In this document: positions 51,467 to 64,000 of the stretch, in pieces
Numbering within the stretch: position 1 is the first letter of the stretch
Layout of the letters: every line of letters begins with the position of its first letter
Assembly (NCBI GenBank): GCA_051362555.1
Contig: CM120644.1
Coordinates: forward strand, 22,528,534-22,592,533
Length of the DNA: 64,000 nt
Source of the DNA: Lingula anatina
Taxonomy: Eukaryota; Animalia; Brachiopoda
Reading direction: 5' to 3'
Made by a program: the position numbers and the translations under genes
Notes under the pieces: model-generated
Told to the model about the DNA's origin: nothing
Database searches by the model: none
What the model saw: only the letters and a program-made list of their open reading frames with translations

Positions 51467-51818
51467 GTCGTGAAGGTGAAGTTTTGATAAGATACTTCAA
51501 CAACATTGCATCAAAATCTTCATTTATAGACATCTGTACGCTCCGTTAATTACCTGATCGGCAACCGTATCGACGTTCTTTTCCACGTCTGGCAAACTGT
51601 CAAAGCAGACATTAGTTAGGACTTCTGGCGCCTTTCAAAGCATTACACAAGAGATAAACACGGTGACTTGCGAGTTTTAATGTCTTGCTTTATTTTAAGA
51701 AATACGTCCCTGGACAAGGGCAAAAAAGTCAATAAGGTGTTTTTGTTTGTAAAAACCAAATTTTGCGATGGCCACGTGTTTTGAGTGGAATAATATATAA
51801 TATATAATTTATAAAAGT

Positions 51819-51864
<46 letters not shown>

Positions 51865-53994
51865 GGGTTTCATTCGGATATAACGCATTAAAAACGATGT
51901 CACTTAGGATACAAATATATGAGCGAATGGAAAAGGTAAAAACTAACTTGTACACCTAGCATTGGCAGAAACTCATCTCTATAATAGAAGTTCGCAGCCT
52001 TCGCCTTCAACAACACTTTAATATGTCACCTTGCCTATACACTTCGTGACTTAACAAACCAGAGAATTTGAAAAGTGACACGTTGGGAATGGCAAGTAGA
52101 TGGCTGATTTCAATGTAAACAACATAACCGGAGTTAGTCAGCACTTTTATTCCCATTCCTCAATGTGAGAAGCCTGACGATTATCCAAAATTAGCTCAAT
52201 GTTTTCACACGACAGGGGTTAAATTTCGTTGACACGTGTTTAGCATTATGAAATGGTCAAGTCGTGCGTGTGTCTACATACACACTCAAACAGGGTGGTC
52301 GATAGTGCGGAAATAAGCCTGCACTTTAAGCTAGACTAAACATTGGGCATTCTTCATTTCAAGAAAAATCCATGGTCCTTCACTTTACGGGACTCTGTAC
52401 TTTAGGATTTTTTTTTCCTGTCAGATTATGCAGCCAGACTGTGAGACTTAAGACACACTAATTCCATAGTTATACGGCCTTGAACAAACCAGTTTACCGC
52501 CTGATGACATCTGATGGCAAATAACACGTCGATATTTATAAATTTCACGACCACCTGAAAATTGTAAATTGTAAATTGTTGTTTAATAACACTACATACT
52601 ACGTACACATATTTAATATTTTCCGCGTTTCGTTAGTATAGCGGAAAATTATAGTATTCACGATTTGTGATGTAAAAGAAGGTCTGTGGAGATGTTTGGG
52701 TGGATGACGCAATGAGGTACAGTTATGAGTAGTAGTTCAATGCATGTCCAATGAAGATTGGCGTGGGAGGACAATGGGGTCATACATAATGACAGGCGGG
52801 CTGCAACGACGAAAAAAAAGACACATTTCATCTAGGTATGTTTTCCCTTACTTCTGTCGAATTATAGTCTAATCAATTTAAAACTCTTCAGCATTGCGTA
52901 TTCATGATCGCTGACATGATCGCTAACAATGTACGTCCATATATACGTCCATATATATATATATAAACAGACAAACTCAAATCAACAAATCAATAAGAAC
53001 ATCAAGTGGCGTCGATGTTTTCAGTTTATTTGCATTTCAGCTAGCACTTTACTAAATGTTACTTTCAATTAATTAAATAAAATGTCATTCAAATCCACTC
53101 ATGTTATTTTTGATATTCATTAAACATTTGACATGCCTTCTTCCCCGCCATATTGATATTGATTAAGTTATAGTTACAGAGACGGCAGTGAACAGGATAG
53201 GTAACACGTGCAGGCGGGCTTCCAATGGACTGATAACAATGTACTAACATTGATAGTAGCAGTCAGCATCATCTTATGCAGCTGGCATACAGGTATTGCA
53301 ACATCTTGATGCTGGTTTATTCTTGTTAACTTTTCAAGAGTCATGGTGATATATAATAAGAGTCATGATGTCTGTACATGCATAATACACTCTTGGTCAA
53401 AAAGGTTGTCCCACTCACTCCGCGGATCCCCCTTCAAATAATCCTGCCATGTAAACCCCTAAGAACCACAACCAAATGATTCATCATGATTTTGTAAAGG
53501 TTAAAATTCAATTGTATTAAAAGTTCAGATATCCAAGTATAATGTTCAATTAGGACAACACGCGTGGAAGAAACATCTCTCTTATAGAGTGATCAAGTTC
53601 ATCATCTACAGGTGCTTTCTTTACGATAGCGGTTATGCTCAAAAGAGTAAATTGTATAAATTGGCTGATATTTGCAGACGGCGCTCAGTTCAATTGCATC
53701 CAATCATATGTAAGGTAGGAGTTAAAGGGGTAGTTCAGAGAAAAAAATTAAAAAATTAAAAATTAAAAATTAAAAAAAAAAAAAATACACGATATTCGTG
53801 CCCGGGTGAGTATAGCCTTAGGTTTTTAGATGTTCTTTACTTTTGTAGTTGTTGTTATTGTCATTCCCGGAAGAGGTGAGAGAGCAAAGAGTAGAGGTGG
53901 ATTTGGTGGACCCGGTGAGATTGGCTGAACTTGCATTCTGTGGGACTAGCAACCAACAGCGGTGTAACCTAGTCCCACAGAATTCTGTGGGACT

Positions 53995-54860
53995 AGCAAA
54001 CCAACTGCAAGAACCCTGACCTTGATATTGTGTTCGCAATGGACAGCAGTTCGAGCATCAGTGATATGGAGTTTAATATGCAGAAATATGCAACGGAGTT
54101 AGGTTAAATAATTCTCCAAAGAAACTAAGTTTTACTTTGCCGAGTGCCTTTCTCACCCGTCAGTGATATTACCTTGGGATATGTCTAATGTGTTTTAATT
54201 ATTTTTGTACGTGATAAAAACAAATATGTGGGATTGTTGGCCCATTTTGATTTTGATCTTTCTTTGTACAGCGTGGTTTAATTTTAACCATGTTTTTAGT
54301 TCCTCTTAGGCAGGCTATTTCTTTACGTCTTTTATAGAGGGTGATATACAGTGAACATGACGTGATAAAGCCACATCAAATATTTCATGTTTTGTACCAT
54401 TACAGTAATATATTTGATTTTATATATTTTTATAGCCATTATCACAGCTCGTGGTATGTATTGACGACAGGCATTCCTTAATTTCTCAGATGATCGGTGA
54501 ATTCATCGAAAGGCATATTCCCATTGCTCTTGATGAAACCCGGGTCGGTGCGTTGGCGTTTGCTACTGATGTGGTGAGAGTTCGAGCTAAATGAACTCTC
54601 TGATTTTGCCGCCGTTCAAGGTCACATCGATGCGATTCACGATAGAAGTAAGTCTCTCTCCCTCTCGCCCCCCCCCCTCTCTCTCTCTCACACACACGCA
54701 CACACACACACACACAAACATACATATGTGCGTACACTTACTCTCTATCTCTCCTTCTTTCACTGTCTCTCTCTCTTTCTCTCTCTCAAACACAAACACA
54801 CGCTGTTATACCCCGGTCACATCTTCAGGCCCGGCCACATCTACGTACAAAGCGCACAAG
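53995..54860 (+). pseudogene. Decayed von Willebrand factor A (VWA) domain gene fragments (three exon-like pieces)
   Basis: NCKNPDLDIVFAMDSSSSISDMEF (MIDAS DxSxS) near 54005-54100; ag|MIGEFIERHIPIALDETRVGALAFATDVV, then a frameshift to EFELNELSDFAAVQGHIDAIHDR|gtaag at 54490-54647; ag|..PATSTYKAHK|gt near 54829-54860. Confidence 0.7.
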
Positions 54861-55708
54861 GTACGGATGCATTGCGCATGAAAGTAAGCCAACTGCGCTG
54901 TTGTGAGACCAACTTTTGACAAAAGTTGCAGATTATGTAAAAACCAACCAGTGGAGTTTGTTTTCTTGGTTACACATTTATCGTTTTATTCATTGGGTGT
55001 TGACAAGATACTTTTTCTACCATATTGTATCGGCCGAGACATGTATAGACTGAGAGGCAAAACACGCCAATCATTGGAATGGCGTAAACAGCTGCGAAAG
55101 TCCTGTCCATAACCAGGTGGGGAGGCAGATGACGTCATTCCCCAGGCATCCTAGGGGGTGACGCCATATCTTTATTTTTGTCAAAATCCTTACAGTATAG
55201 AAAGAGCAGTTAGAAAGTCATACTTAATCGACCTTGCATGATTCAATTTAGCGACATCGGGTTGGAAATAACTCGCCACATGATTTAGGATTAATTTATC
55301 ATTTTTCATGTAAATGGCTAGGTACTTACGTTTTAAGCCTTGAATTGAATTAAATATTATTTTTAATTAATGGCAGCACACCGGCACATTCTTGCCAAAA
55401 ATAATGTTAAAATGGTACGAGAATTAAACCGTTGCTGACAGGTCACACATATAGGAAACAGCAAAGATAATACGTAGGTTTTTTCAAGTCTCGTGACAAA
55501 GCCAGGTCCAGCGAGGTTCCGCGGGATTTGAAGTGGAGAGGGTCAGATATATAGAAGGCATTGCGGCAAGGAATAAAAGATAACGGAAACTTACCCATTG
55601 AATTTTGTGGTTGTTTATTCCTTCTGTAGACCTACAGTCTCTGTACAACAGTAAACGTATTCAACGTGTTCTGTGTATCACTTTGGTAATTCCCATTACT
55701 TTGTACAG

Positions 55709-58700
55709 GTGACATAGCACTCAAAGTCAATAAAACAGTGCAAATGGGGGTGTCACCTTCCCACGTTTAAAAGACACAAGATATGGGGCATTTCACTATA
55801 TTATGACTTAGTGAGATTTCTGACCTTATTGGCCATATTGCAAAAGTCGAGTTTAGTTAAGTCATTTTCACGATGTACCTGCTTAAACCCCCGTTTTTGT
55901 AACATACGTTACTGACGCTTTTCTAATTTTTTGTCTTCAACATATATAAAATGAGTTATAAAGGCTGAAAACCCTGGTAATTTGTTTATTATATTGAAAG
56001 GTGATGTATATCCAACTTTTTATGCTAATTTGTTTTTCCATCGAAGCATATTAAGTTTTGCTTTTATTTGGTAGAAAAATGTCGCCAATTTTTTAATTTT
56101 CAATACCCTATATTTAAAACATAGTAGTAAATTGCCGTACGATACATTTATAAGCAGCTACATTTATTTATGATGAATAGGAAATGTTATAATATATAGG
56201 AATAATCAAAACTTTCACTCCAATAAAGGTTATCTGAAAACAAAAAGGATTTTCACCCTGAAATTGTTTGGTCATTTAAGGATGTAACAAACGTTACCTA
56301 TCATATAATTTGAGTGCTTACAGTATACTCTGGCTTCTTTCATAATTTCAATATTTGCTGATGAATGAAGAAAATATATCAACAAGTCAGAAAAAGTGTC
56401 TCAGATTTTGGCATAATTTGATTGTCAAAGCTGATTTGTAACATACGTGATGTAACATGCGTTACCTACATTTTCAAATTATTCCTTGTAAAACCCTTCC
56501 CCCCTTATCTGTGATCACATGATTAGTCACATGAGTTGAAGACGCCATGCTGTTTCTCAGCCACTAAATACAACATGCCTTCGTAGAAGGAAAACCTAGA
56601 AATACTCTTCCATATTCTAAGGTAAGTACCACTATTATTTGAGTTTCAAAAATATTATATCAATCTTTCTGAAAAGAAACATTTCATATGTAGATTAGTT
56701 TGGAGAAGTGCTTGCAAGACATAAACTTATTTCATTAGCTTGAAATGTTTTTCCTCTTGGAATTGTAGGGCATTCAGTGAAAGTAACATACGTTACTTTT
56801 GGTAACGTATGTTACTCTAGTTATAGCTAGATTTCTTAGTATATATTGAACAATAAAAAGATAAGAAACCTTGAATTCCTGTAGTATCTGAGATTGGGAG
56901 TCAGTTCATCAATTAAACTCGGGCCATTAGTAGGAAAAATTATAAGAACTAAATGGGAGAAAGCATGGGAAAAATTTACGCAATAAAGAATAATATTAAT
57001 TGAACAATATTTTTTTTCGGTATTTTTTTTCTTCCTGAAATATTGGATATTTGGTTAGAAAAGGATGGATTGCATATACTTATCATAAAAATGAATAAAA
57101 ATAAGCTAAAAGTAAGATATGGCTTAGTTTTATTGTACAAAATACATTCCTGTTGGTCTGGTAACGTATGTTACAAATCTCTTTTTCTATCAATTTAGGT
57201 CAAGATGCCGCTTTCAAGAGCAGAAATCCAAAAGAATTATAGGGAGAGGAAGAAAAGAAATGAGAGGAAAACATACCTTGCCAAAGAGAGGGCACGGCAA
57301 AAAAGAAATTATGTCCCAATAGGAACTTTAACAGAAAGAAAGAGGTCAAAAAGAAGAGATGAAGTAAAGGAGTGGGTAAGAAAGTGCAGGCAGAAGAAAA
57401 ATGTTGAAAATGCTGCAATCGACGTTCCAAACCCTGTAGAGTCCACAAATGATACCAGTGGTTATGAAACAATGCAAAGTGACCATAGCACTGGACTCAT
57501 AGTAAGGTTACCGAATCGTAGAAATGGACCCAGAAAGAGGCTAAGCAAAGCATTGAGAAAAAGCAGAGACAAGTTAAAATCTTTGAAAAAGGAAAATGAA
57601 GGTCTAAAAAAGAAAGTAAAATGCGTTCAAAGGAAGATGCAGAGAATGAAAAGAAAGATGAATATACCAGCATGTCCAAACACACCTAGAAGTAATATGA
57701 AGAGACTCTTTCCAAAATCAAAGGGTTTTGGGGGCGAAAGAGTTAGAAAACAACTACTGCTAACAAACGTCATCACGGCTGAGGCTTCAAAATTCAAGCA
57801 TGTAACAACAAGCAATGCAAAGAAGAGGCAATTGTATGGTAGTTTTGCTGGAAAACTGTTAAAAAAGTACAGATGTATTTCACATTTTAGCAAGTCAGCA
57901 AAGATTAACAGAAATCTAATATCTAATATAATACGTAAAGGTACCGACACAGCAGAGATTAGAAAACGAACAGCATACAAATTCAGGAGAGAGGTAACAG
58001 CATTTTACGTCCGCGACGACAAAAGTATAATGCAGCCCAGAAAAAAGGAAAAAACAAAAAGAATGTTCAAATTCAGTAAGCGGGATGTGAAATTGGTTGA
58101 AAGTAAATTCAGGCATAATTGAGCATCATATTTCATCATGTGTAACATACGTAACTTTGGTTTTTATGAAGTGAGTAAGGAACAGGTTTTATGATGTTTT
58201 TCTGATGGTTATGTTTAATGTTTCCTCCATTAAGCAATGGAGTGTTTAATTGAAATTCGTCATGTTTTCCTGTGACATCATTTTCATGTTGGCAATTCAA
58301 TGCAGAAAAGATCCATTGCTAAATTAAGTAACATACGTTACAGACTTTCTTAGTATATAATTGAGAGATTTTATATGCATCACGATCACCATATCAGTTT
58401 AAAAGGTTCTGAGTAACTCAGGTTTGTTTGTTAACAATGTGAAATTACTTTTGTTTATTCTTTTCTTCCACAGTGATTATAATAAAAAGGATAACTCAAC
58501 ATAAATAGTGTACTTATGTTCAAAAAGTAAAAATAAGACCACCAGGAATTGTTAGAAAATGTGATTTGACATATAAAATGGTGTATTTTGATCTAAATAT
58601 GAACAATAAGTGTAAAGCAAAACAATGACTTGATAGACTCAATTACTTGAACCATTCTGTAAAATTGAGGCATTATTACTTGATGTATGAAACATACGTT

Positions 58701-59289
58701 ACTTTTCCTACCTTTTAATTTTTTTGTCCAAAAATGAAGAAGACAATGTAAATTTGTGAAATCAAATCATTTTATTTCTCTTAAATATTTGTATGAAAAA
58801 CAAATATTGTTTTTTTTAAGTTAATACATTATACATTAAAGATATTGATATTTAATTCTAGTCACTTTGTTTGAATTTCTATTTTTACGTGTTTATTGTT
58901 TTTCATTGATTATTGTTGTGAGTTATAAATGAAAAAAATAAAATATCATGCTCATTTGAAGGTTTGTTTTGTGAAACAAATATACAAGCTTCAAGAATAA
59001 AAGAAGTTTTTGAGTTAAGCTAAAAGAAGAAATAATTTATCCACTATATAGAGACAGCCTTGACATGGTCACGAATGTTACATTGTGAAAAAAGAGCAAA
59101 AAAACTGCCATATTTTAAAGCTCGATTGTTAAAATACGGAAAGAGTAATGTTGAAACTGTTTCTGGGCAGTGTTCCCGAGCTATAGGACTATGTTTTCCT
59201 AAGAGATGAACATTATGTGGGGTTGGTCATATGAGCACATTTTTCAAAGTGCAATTGCACTGTTTTATTGACTTTGAGTGATAGGTCCC
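55709..59289 (+). mobile_element. TIR DNA transposon (possibly Sola-like), internally deleted
   Basis: TIRs of about 35 bp G(T/G)GAC(A/C)TA(G/T)CACTCAAAGTCAATAAAACAGTGCAA at both ends; about 10 copies of GTAACATACGTTAC inside; truncated basic ORF. No clear TSD. The superfamily call is from memory of termini and motifs and is unverified. Confidence 0.75.
57205..58122 (+). CDS. N-terminal part of a transposase-like protein (305 aa, basic, coiled coil), catalytic part apparently deleted
   Basis: MPLSRAEIQKNYRERKK.. start and FYVRDDKSIMQPRKKE motif; lies inside a TIR element; preceded by a possible 5'-UTR intron (AG|GTAAGT near 56621 to TTTAG|GTCAAGATG). Confidence 0.6.
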   Translation: MPLSRAEIQKNYRERKKRNERKTYLAKERARQKRNYVPIGTLTERKRSKRRDEVKEWVRKCRQKKNVENAAIDVPNPVESTNDTSGYETMQSDHSTGLIVRLPNRRNGPRKRLSKALRKSRDKLKSLKKENEGLKKKVKCVQRKMQRMKRKMNIPACPNTPRSNMKRLFPKSKGFGGERVRKQLLLTNVITAEASKFKHVTTSNAKKRQLYGSFAGKLLKKYRCISHFSKSAKINRNLISNIIRKGTDTAEIRKRTAYKFRREVTAFYVRDDKSIMQPRKKEKTKRMFKFSKRDVKLVESKFRHN

Positions 59290-59405
59290 ATATACTAACT
59301 CCAATACTCCGACTAACCGTAATCTGTATTAATCACATGGGAGCCCGGGCGTACATTCCTTGGACTTCCATTCCTGTTACACCGGGACTTACGAAATATC
59401 CTCAT

Positions 59406-61894
59406 TCAAGGCTTTGACGCAGGGAAAGTCAACACATTGCGAATAGAGTATCTATTGCCGTCTTCTATAATCAGCACCCTGCGTGCCACGCCAGTCCCAA
59501 ACGACGTCTCCTTGACAACACAATCAATAACGAAGACGCCATCAACACCTAAAGTGTACGTGGCACTTTCGTAGTGGATCTTCAGTGTTGACTGGTTGAA
59601 GATATTGCGGCATGAAGGATTGCCGTAGTAGTTGTTTTTACTCAGTCGGGTTTTGCTCTTGTTTCCAGTGCTATCACAAAGTGGAATGACGTAATCGCAG
59701 TAGAAAATATTGTTTCCCTTTGGTAAAACCATGTTAAAGGTACCGCTGGCTTGATAGGCGTCGTTCACCATGACCATCCAGCCTGAAAGATTAATACACA
59801 TGTTATCATAGACGGAGTTTGAACTTGGTGGTATACTACGGAGGCACGTGTACAATGATAAAACTGCATTAATGTGTATGTAAACTTATTTTTTTCTTCT
59901 TTCAATATGATATTTAAAAGCTCTCTCCGCGGGATTTACCTGCCAAAATGAATTTTCTTGGAAAAAAGGTAATCGAGAATCTGTACTCGGTACGTTCCTT
60001 CAGTTGGATTCGATGCCTTATTCTACTTGTTCTACTAAAAAATTTAGTCACTTGGAAAGTCATGTCCTCTTTTTTCACATAAGGCAATGGCCCGATTTTT
60101 GTATTGCGACCCTGCACCATGACATGAAAAATGTAGGTGCCCGTAAACGTAAAATTCAGGTCGTCTTTCGAAAAATCCAGAAGATGGCTTACGTCCGGAG
60201 CCTAGATTAACTTTTATTTATGGGGGATACAGGGTATAAATATGGCTGTAGGGGGATTTTCTAACGTGGGGAGAGTATCTATACGTTTTCCCCGTACAGT
60301 CATATTTATGTAGATATATGTGTGTGTGGACCAAACCAGTTTGCGTCTGTCTGTCTGTCTGTCTGTCCGTCTGTCTGTCTGTGCATTGTTCGATGCGCGT
60401 TTGTGTGTATGTGTGGCATACGATGGGCACAAACAAAAAGTTTAATTATCTCCTATACATGTACATAACCGGCTGTGTTCACTTACCTACATCAGAAATT
60501 GGGGCGTTAAAGAATTCCACCTCATGTTGTTTGCTGGCCGATACCAGTCTGTATCTGACAGCAGGGTCCACTATGAGGGCACTGAAAGTTAAGGAGCCGT
60601 CAGGGCTTGTTACTGCCTTGGTGCCATCTAAGTACACTTCGTCCTCCACATCGGTGAAATCGATGCCGTATTTCGTCTGAAAGAAAAGCAACGGTGTTGA
60701 GACACAATATGTGCTGATATCTAAGCGTGAAGGTTAACATTGACAGTGACCCCGATAAAATAACGATAACGATAAACTCAACATATTTTTTATACCACAG
60801 ATTTTGATTACATTTTAACCTGTGTTAGTTGTTCTACTTTACAAGTCTGTTGAAAATAGAAGTAATTTCAGTTAAATTTTGATTAAAATGAACGGAGTGC
60901 TTTCGAAAAAAAATTAGTTGGAACAAAAATCAAATCAAAATTACCCCATACCTTCAGCCATGCGGTCGCCATTTTCCCCTCCTGAATGACGTCAGCTTCA
61001 TCCCTCCCGGCCAATCGGTGTAGGGCCAGAATCTCGCTGCGGTTGAGGCGAAATAAATTGTCTGTTCTTCCGTCCATAATGTAGGTGAGCACATTGTCAT
61101 AGCAGGGGGTGGCACTGTTAGAACAGGTGTCACGGCGGTCGTTATGTATTGGTCCACGTCCAGCAGTCACCATCCCCACGATGACGATGACGAGGAACGA
61201 GGCTACAATAAACACTTTGATGCTGCAAAGAGTGACAAGGTGATACTTTGAAATGACAGTGACATTTTTGTATCTGAACAGTGAGATAGTTCTTTCAATA
61301 CCTAGAATATGACCGCATTCACAACAGCGGAGTAACAGATCTTCGGATCAAATATGGCGACCCACTTAAAAAAAAAAGCTTCTCGAATAAACCGCTAATA
61401 GATTGGATCGGGCATATTTGATCCGCGGATCTGTATGTCCTCTGCTGTGAATGGCGTACTACCCATCCATTATTTAAAGTCCGACGCACACATGATTGTT
61501 CAAGCTATTGCAAAAGTAACACAGAGGAAGACAAAATTGGACGGCGCGCGTCGCTGTGTATGTGAATGTACATGTATAATGAAAACGGGTATATAGTTAA
61601 CAGAAGTATTCTGCTCCATGTATGATCGACTCTCCGACATTTTGATATCGTTTCCTTCATTATCACCTATCTTGGAGCCTAATATCGCTTTTAGGTAAAA
61701 TTTGATTTTTTTACTGCTTTCTCAACACTGCATCGCATTTCTCTAAACGTAATTTAGCTTTAGTCATCAATTACTTAAAAATCAAGTGTATTCTTCAGTA
61801 TGAACATACGCGACTTCACAAGGAAACCTAACTCGCTCGCGGTTGCCTGGTTAAATTCCACGTTGCCTTGTGCTCACCTTTGAACAGTGTCCAT
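59406..61894 (-). CDS. Uncharacterised secreted protein, array copy C, 284 aa; exons 61878-61894, 60952-61222, 60487-60676, 59406-59782
   Basis: ATGGACACTGTTCAAAG|GTGAGC; SIKVFIVASFLVIVIVGMVTA leader; DTCSNSATPCYDNVLT; TKYGIDFT; ..IRNVLTFPASKP*. Confidence 0.85.
61311..61459. mobile_element. Small hairpin MITE in intron 1 of copy C
   Basis: GCATTCACAACAGCGGAGTAACAGATCTTCGGATCAAATATGG is an imperfect inverted repeat of GCATATTTGATCCGCGGATCTGTATGTCCTCTGCTGTGAATGGC. Confidence 0.65.
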
Positions 61895-63319
61895 GGCGTG
61901 CAGGTGATGCTTTGATTACTTTGACAATAATGCATCTGACGAGACACATATATCGACTGAGCAGGAGTAACATGCTGATCCTTATAAGGGCGGGACCCTG
62001 TAGTGAACCAGATGGTTGGTGTCGATATGATGTAATATTGCAATATGTTACACAGCCAGATGAGAAATGTCATATCTTACTTAATACCTAATATTATACA
62101 TGACTGCAGATGAATGACCATAGTTATTCGGCCTTCCCAAACCCCATTTTTTTATGTAGAGACATCTGATTGAAGATAACCAATCACTTCATTAATTTAA
62201 GTGCACTTTTTTCTAACCACCAGGCAAATCGTCCAGAAAGTGGCAAGGTTGGGTTCTCACAGAATACACTCATATTACTCTCAGTTATTCATCTTTATGA
62301 CTTTATTAGTGTGAAATATTAAAGCTTTGTGTTGCGTTTTTATCGAGATCAGCCCCATGCATATTTAACCCTCACGCGGATAGTCTCGTATGACGCCAGT
62401 CAGTGTCCACAGTCTCGTTTTAAGTTATCTAAAATGATTTCCACAAAAATGACTTTTTGCCCCCCACCCCCCACCCCGACCATCTGTCTACTGGAGACGC
62501 GGTGACGCCCCTTGCAATGCCGTGCGCCTTTTTAGTTATATCATGGTCGAATTCGAAGCTAGAACATTGTGATAGAAAATTAAATAAAGTAAAGTTCATA
62601 AGAACTAGTAGGAGAGTATACAGGACATATGACAGCGGGAATAAAGCTGACTTAGAAAACCTACATTTTTGTTGTTTGTTTGTACTTGATTGGCGAACGT
62701 TTTCCCCACTCTTAGCCATTAATTAACGGTGGCAGAAGTGCATGGAATGAAGTTGGAGAATTGAGTTTGATATCTAGGAAGTGAATTTTGAAATGTTTAA
62801 TAAACTTTATTTTGTAACTGACACATAAACAGTAGCACACAAATGCATAACACCAATTTAAAGTATAAACATACATACACGTGTTTTCCCAACTCTGTGA
62901 AGTTAAGTGTACTCTTTCCTAATAATTTTTGTATGTGTTCTATGTTACATTTGCCCAAATTAGTGAATATAAAGCAAACATATTCTAAGCGGACAGCGTG
63001 CTCACATGATCGGCGCCATGTTGAAATTTTGATGCCTATGTGCGTATCTTTCGCGCTTGTGTTTGTTTGTGCTTGCATCTCACATATTGTGTAGATTTGA
63101 ATGTGTTGATCAACGAGTGTAGTTGTCATAACAAATCTTTGCCTCTGTCTTTGATATATGTGTGCTCAGCGTTAAACCATAGGGTGTACAAGGACAACAA
63201 CGGGCTTCTGTAAGACTCGCGTACCTGCTTATAATGGAAGACGGTGTGACAAGGTATACAAGACAGAAAATTAAAGTGCATTCCCAGAGATTTAGATCGA
63301 TCCATCCGGATCGACCTAA

Positions 63320-63455
63320 CTCCCTGGGGGTTCACGCTAAATTGCATTAGCCGAGCGCTCATGGTAGTTAATTATCCCCTTACAGCTTTTAGTAGGCGGG
63401 ACAGACGCTGAAGCCGGCTAAGCTGACCGTAATCTAGTGAGACTCCCCACAGGGA
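63320..63455. mobile_element. Degenerate MITE related to 13782-13908
   Basis: CCCTGGGGGTTCACGCTAAATTGC..AGTAGGCGGGACA..TAATCTAGTGAGACTCCCCACAGGG. Confidence 0.4.
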
Positions 63456-64000
63456 TAGATCGATCTAAAATCTGTGGGAATGGGGTCTCACACATGGTTT
63501 TCCTGGTTGTTTATTCTTTTTGTAAAACTACAGTCTTTTGTACAACAGTGTACGTGGTCAACATGTTCTATGTATTACTTTTGTATTGCTTTCAAAGATG
63601 ACATTTCCGGCATATAGAGTTTCACTCTTTTTGCTTAAATATTATCTTCAGTATTCAGTGACTAAAATAAATAGTATCTATGCATATTTTATCCTACGGG
63701 TGACCTCATACTTGCGATATTGGTGTAAAAACTAAAAATCGATTTCTCAAAGTTCTCCTCCTGACCATCCACGATTACCGTTTTAGCGCCGCTTTAATGA
63801 CACCATTTAGTTCCCCAAAACTCTGATAGCGACTTTCTCAAAAGTTTTAGTTCAGATTTTATCGTTGATAAAGCAAAATAATGCCTTTGTCTTATGAAAA
63901 TATTAAATTAGGGTCTGAGAAGAATTTCATCAGCTGTGTTATGTTATAAGAATGATGTGATATTTTTTTCTTTTTTTTTTTCAGTCAGCTGATTAATATG

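Noticed and set aside
51710-53900. Unique-looking segment between B3 and the VWA remnant
   Set aside because: I recognised no coding, RNA-gene or terminal-repeat signal.
1-64000. tRNA, rRNA or prokaryotic operon features
   Set aside because: None recognised by eye; tRNAscan-SE or Infernal would be needed to exclude small RNAs or SINEs.

Overview
AT-rich, intron-containing animal genomic DNA, probably from a marine invertebrate such as a mollusc or annelid (inferred from GT-AG introns, microsatellites, transposon content and TRIM-NHL genes). The window is dominated by a minus-strand tandem array of a secreted protein family that I cannot name. I reconstruct 8 apparently intact four-exon genes of 273-290 aa, each with an invariant 17-nt coding exon 1, an invariant 190-nt exon 3 and a C-terminal R-x-V-[LMF]-[TI]-F-P motif, plus at least 6 broken copies. 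Two intronless RING/B-box/coiled-coil/NHL TRIM paralogues lie on the plus strand, and both begin at the same cassette boundary. Mobile elements include: an L1/Tx1-like LINE whose ORF2 is open for at least 776 codons but lacks the RT core through an in-frame deletion; a decayed Tc1 (DD34E) and its MITE; a 5'-truncated L2/CR1-type LINE inserted into an array exon; a TIR transposon (possibly Sola-like) with a dispersed palindromic motif; a Helentron-like insert rich in tandem repeats; and several MITEs. A decayed VWA-domain gene is also present. All exon models were read by eye from splice consensus and paralogue comparison and have no transcript support.
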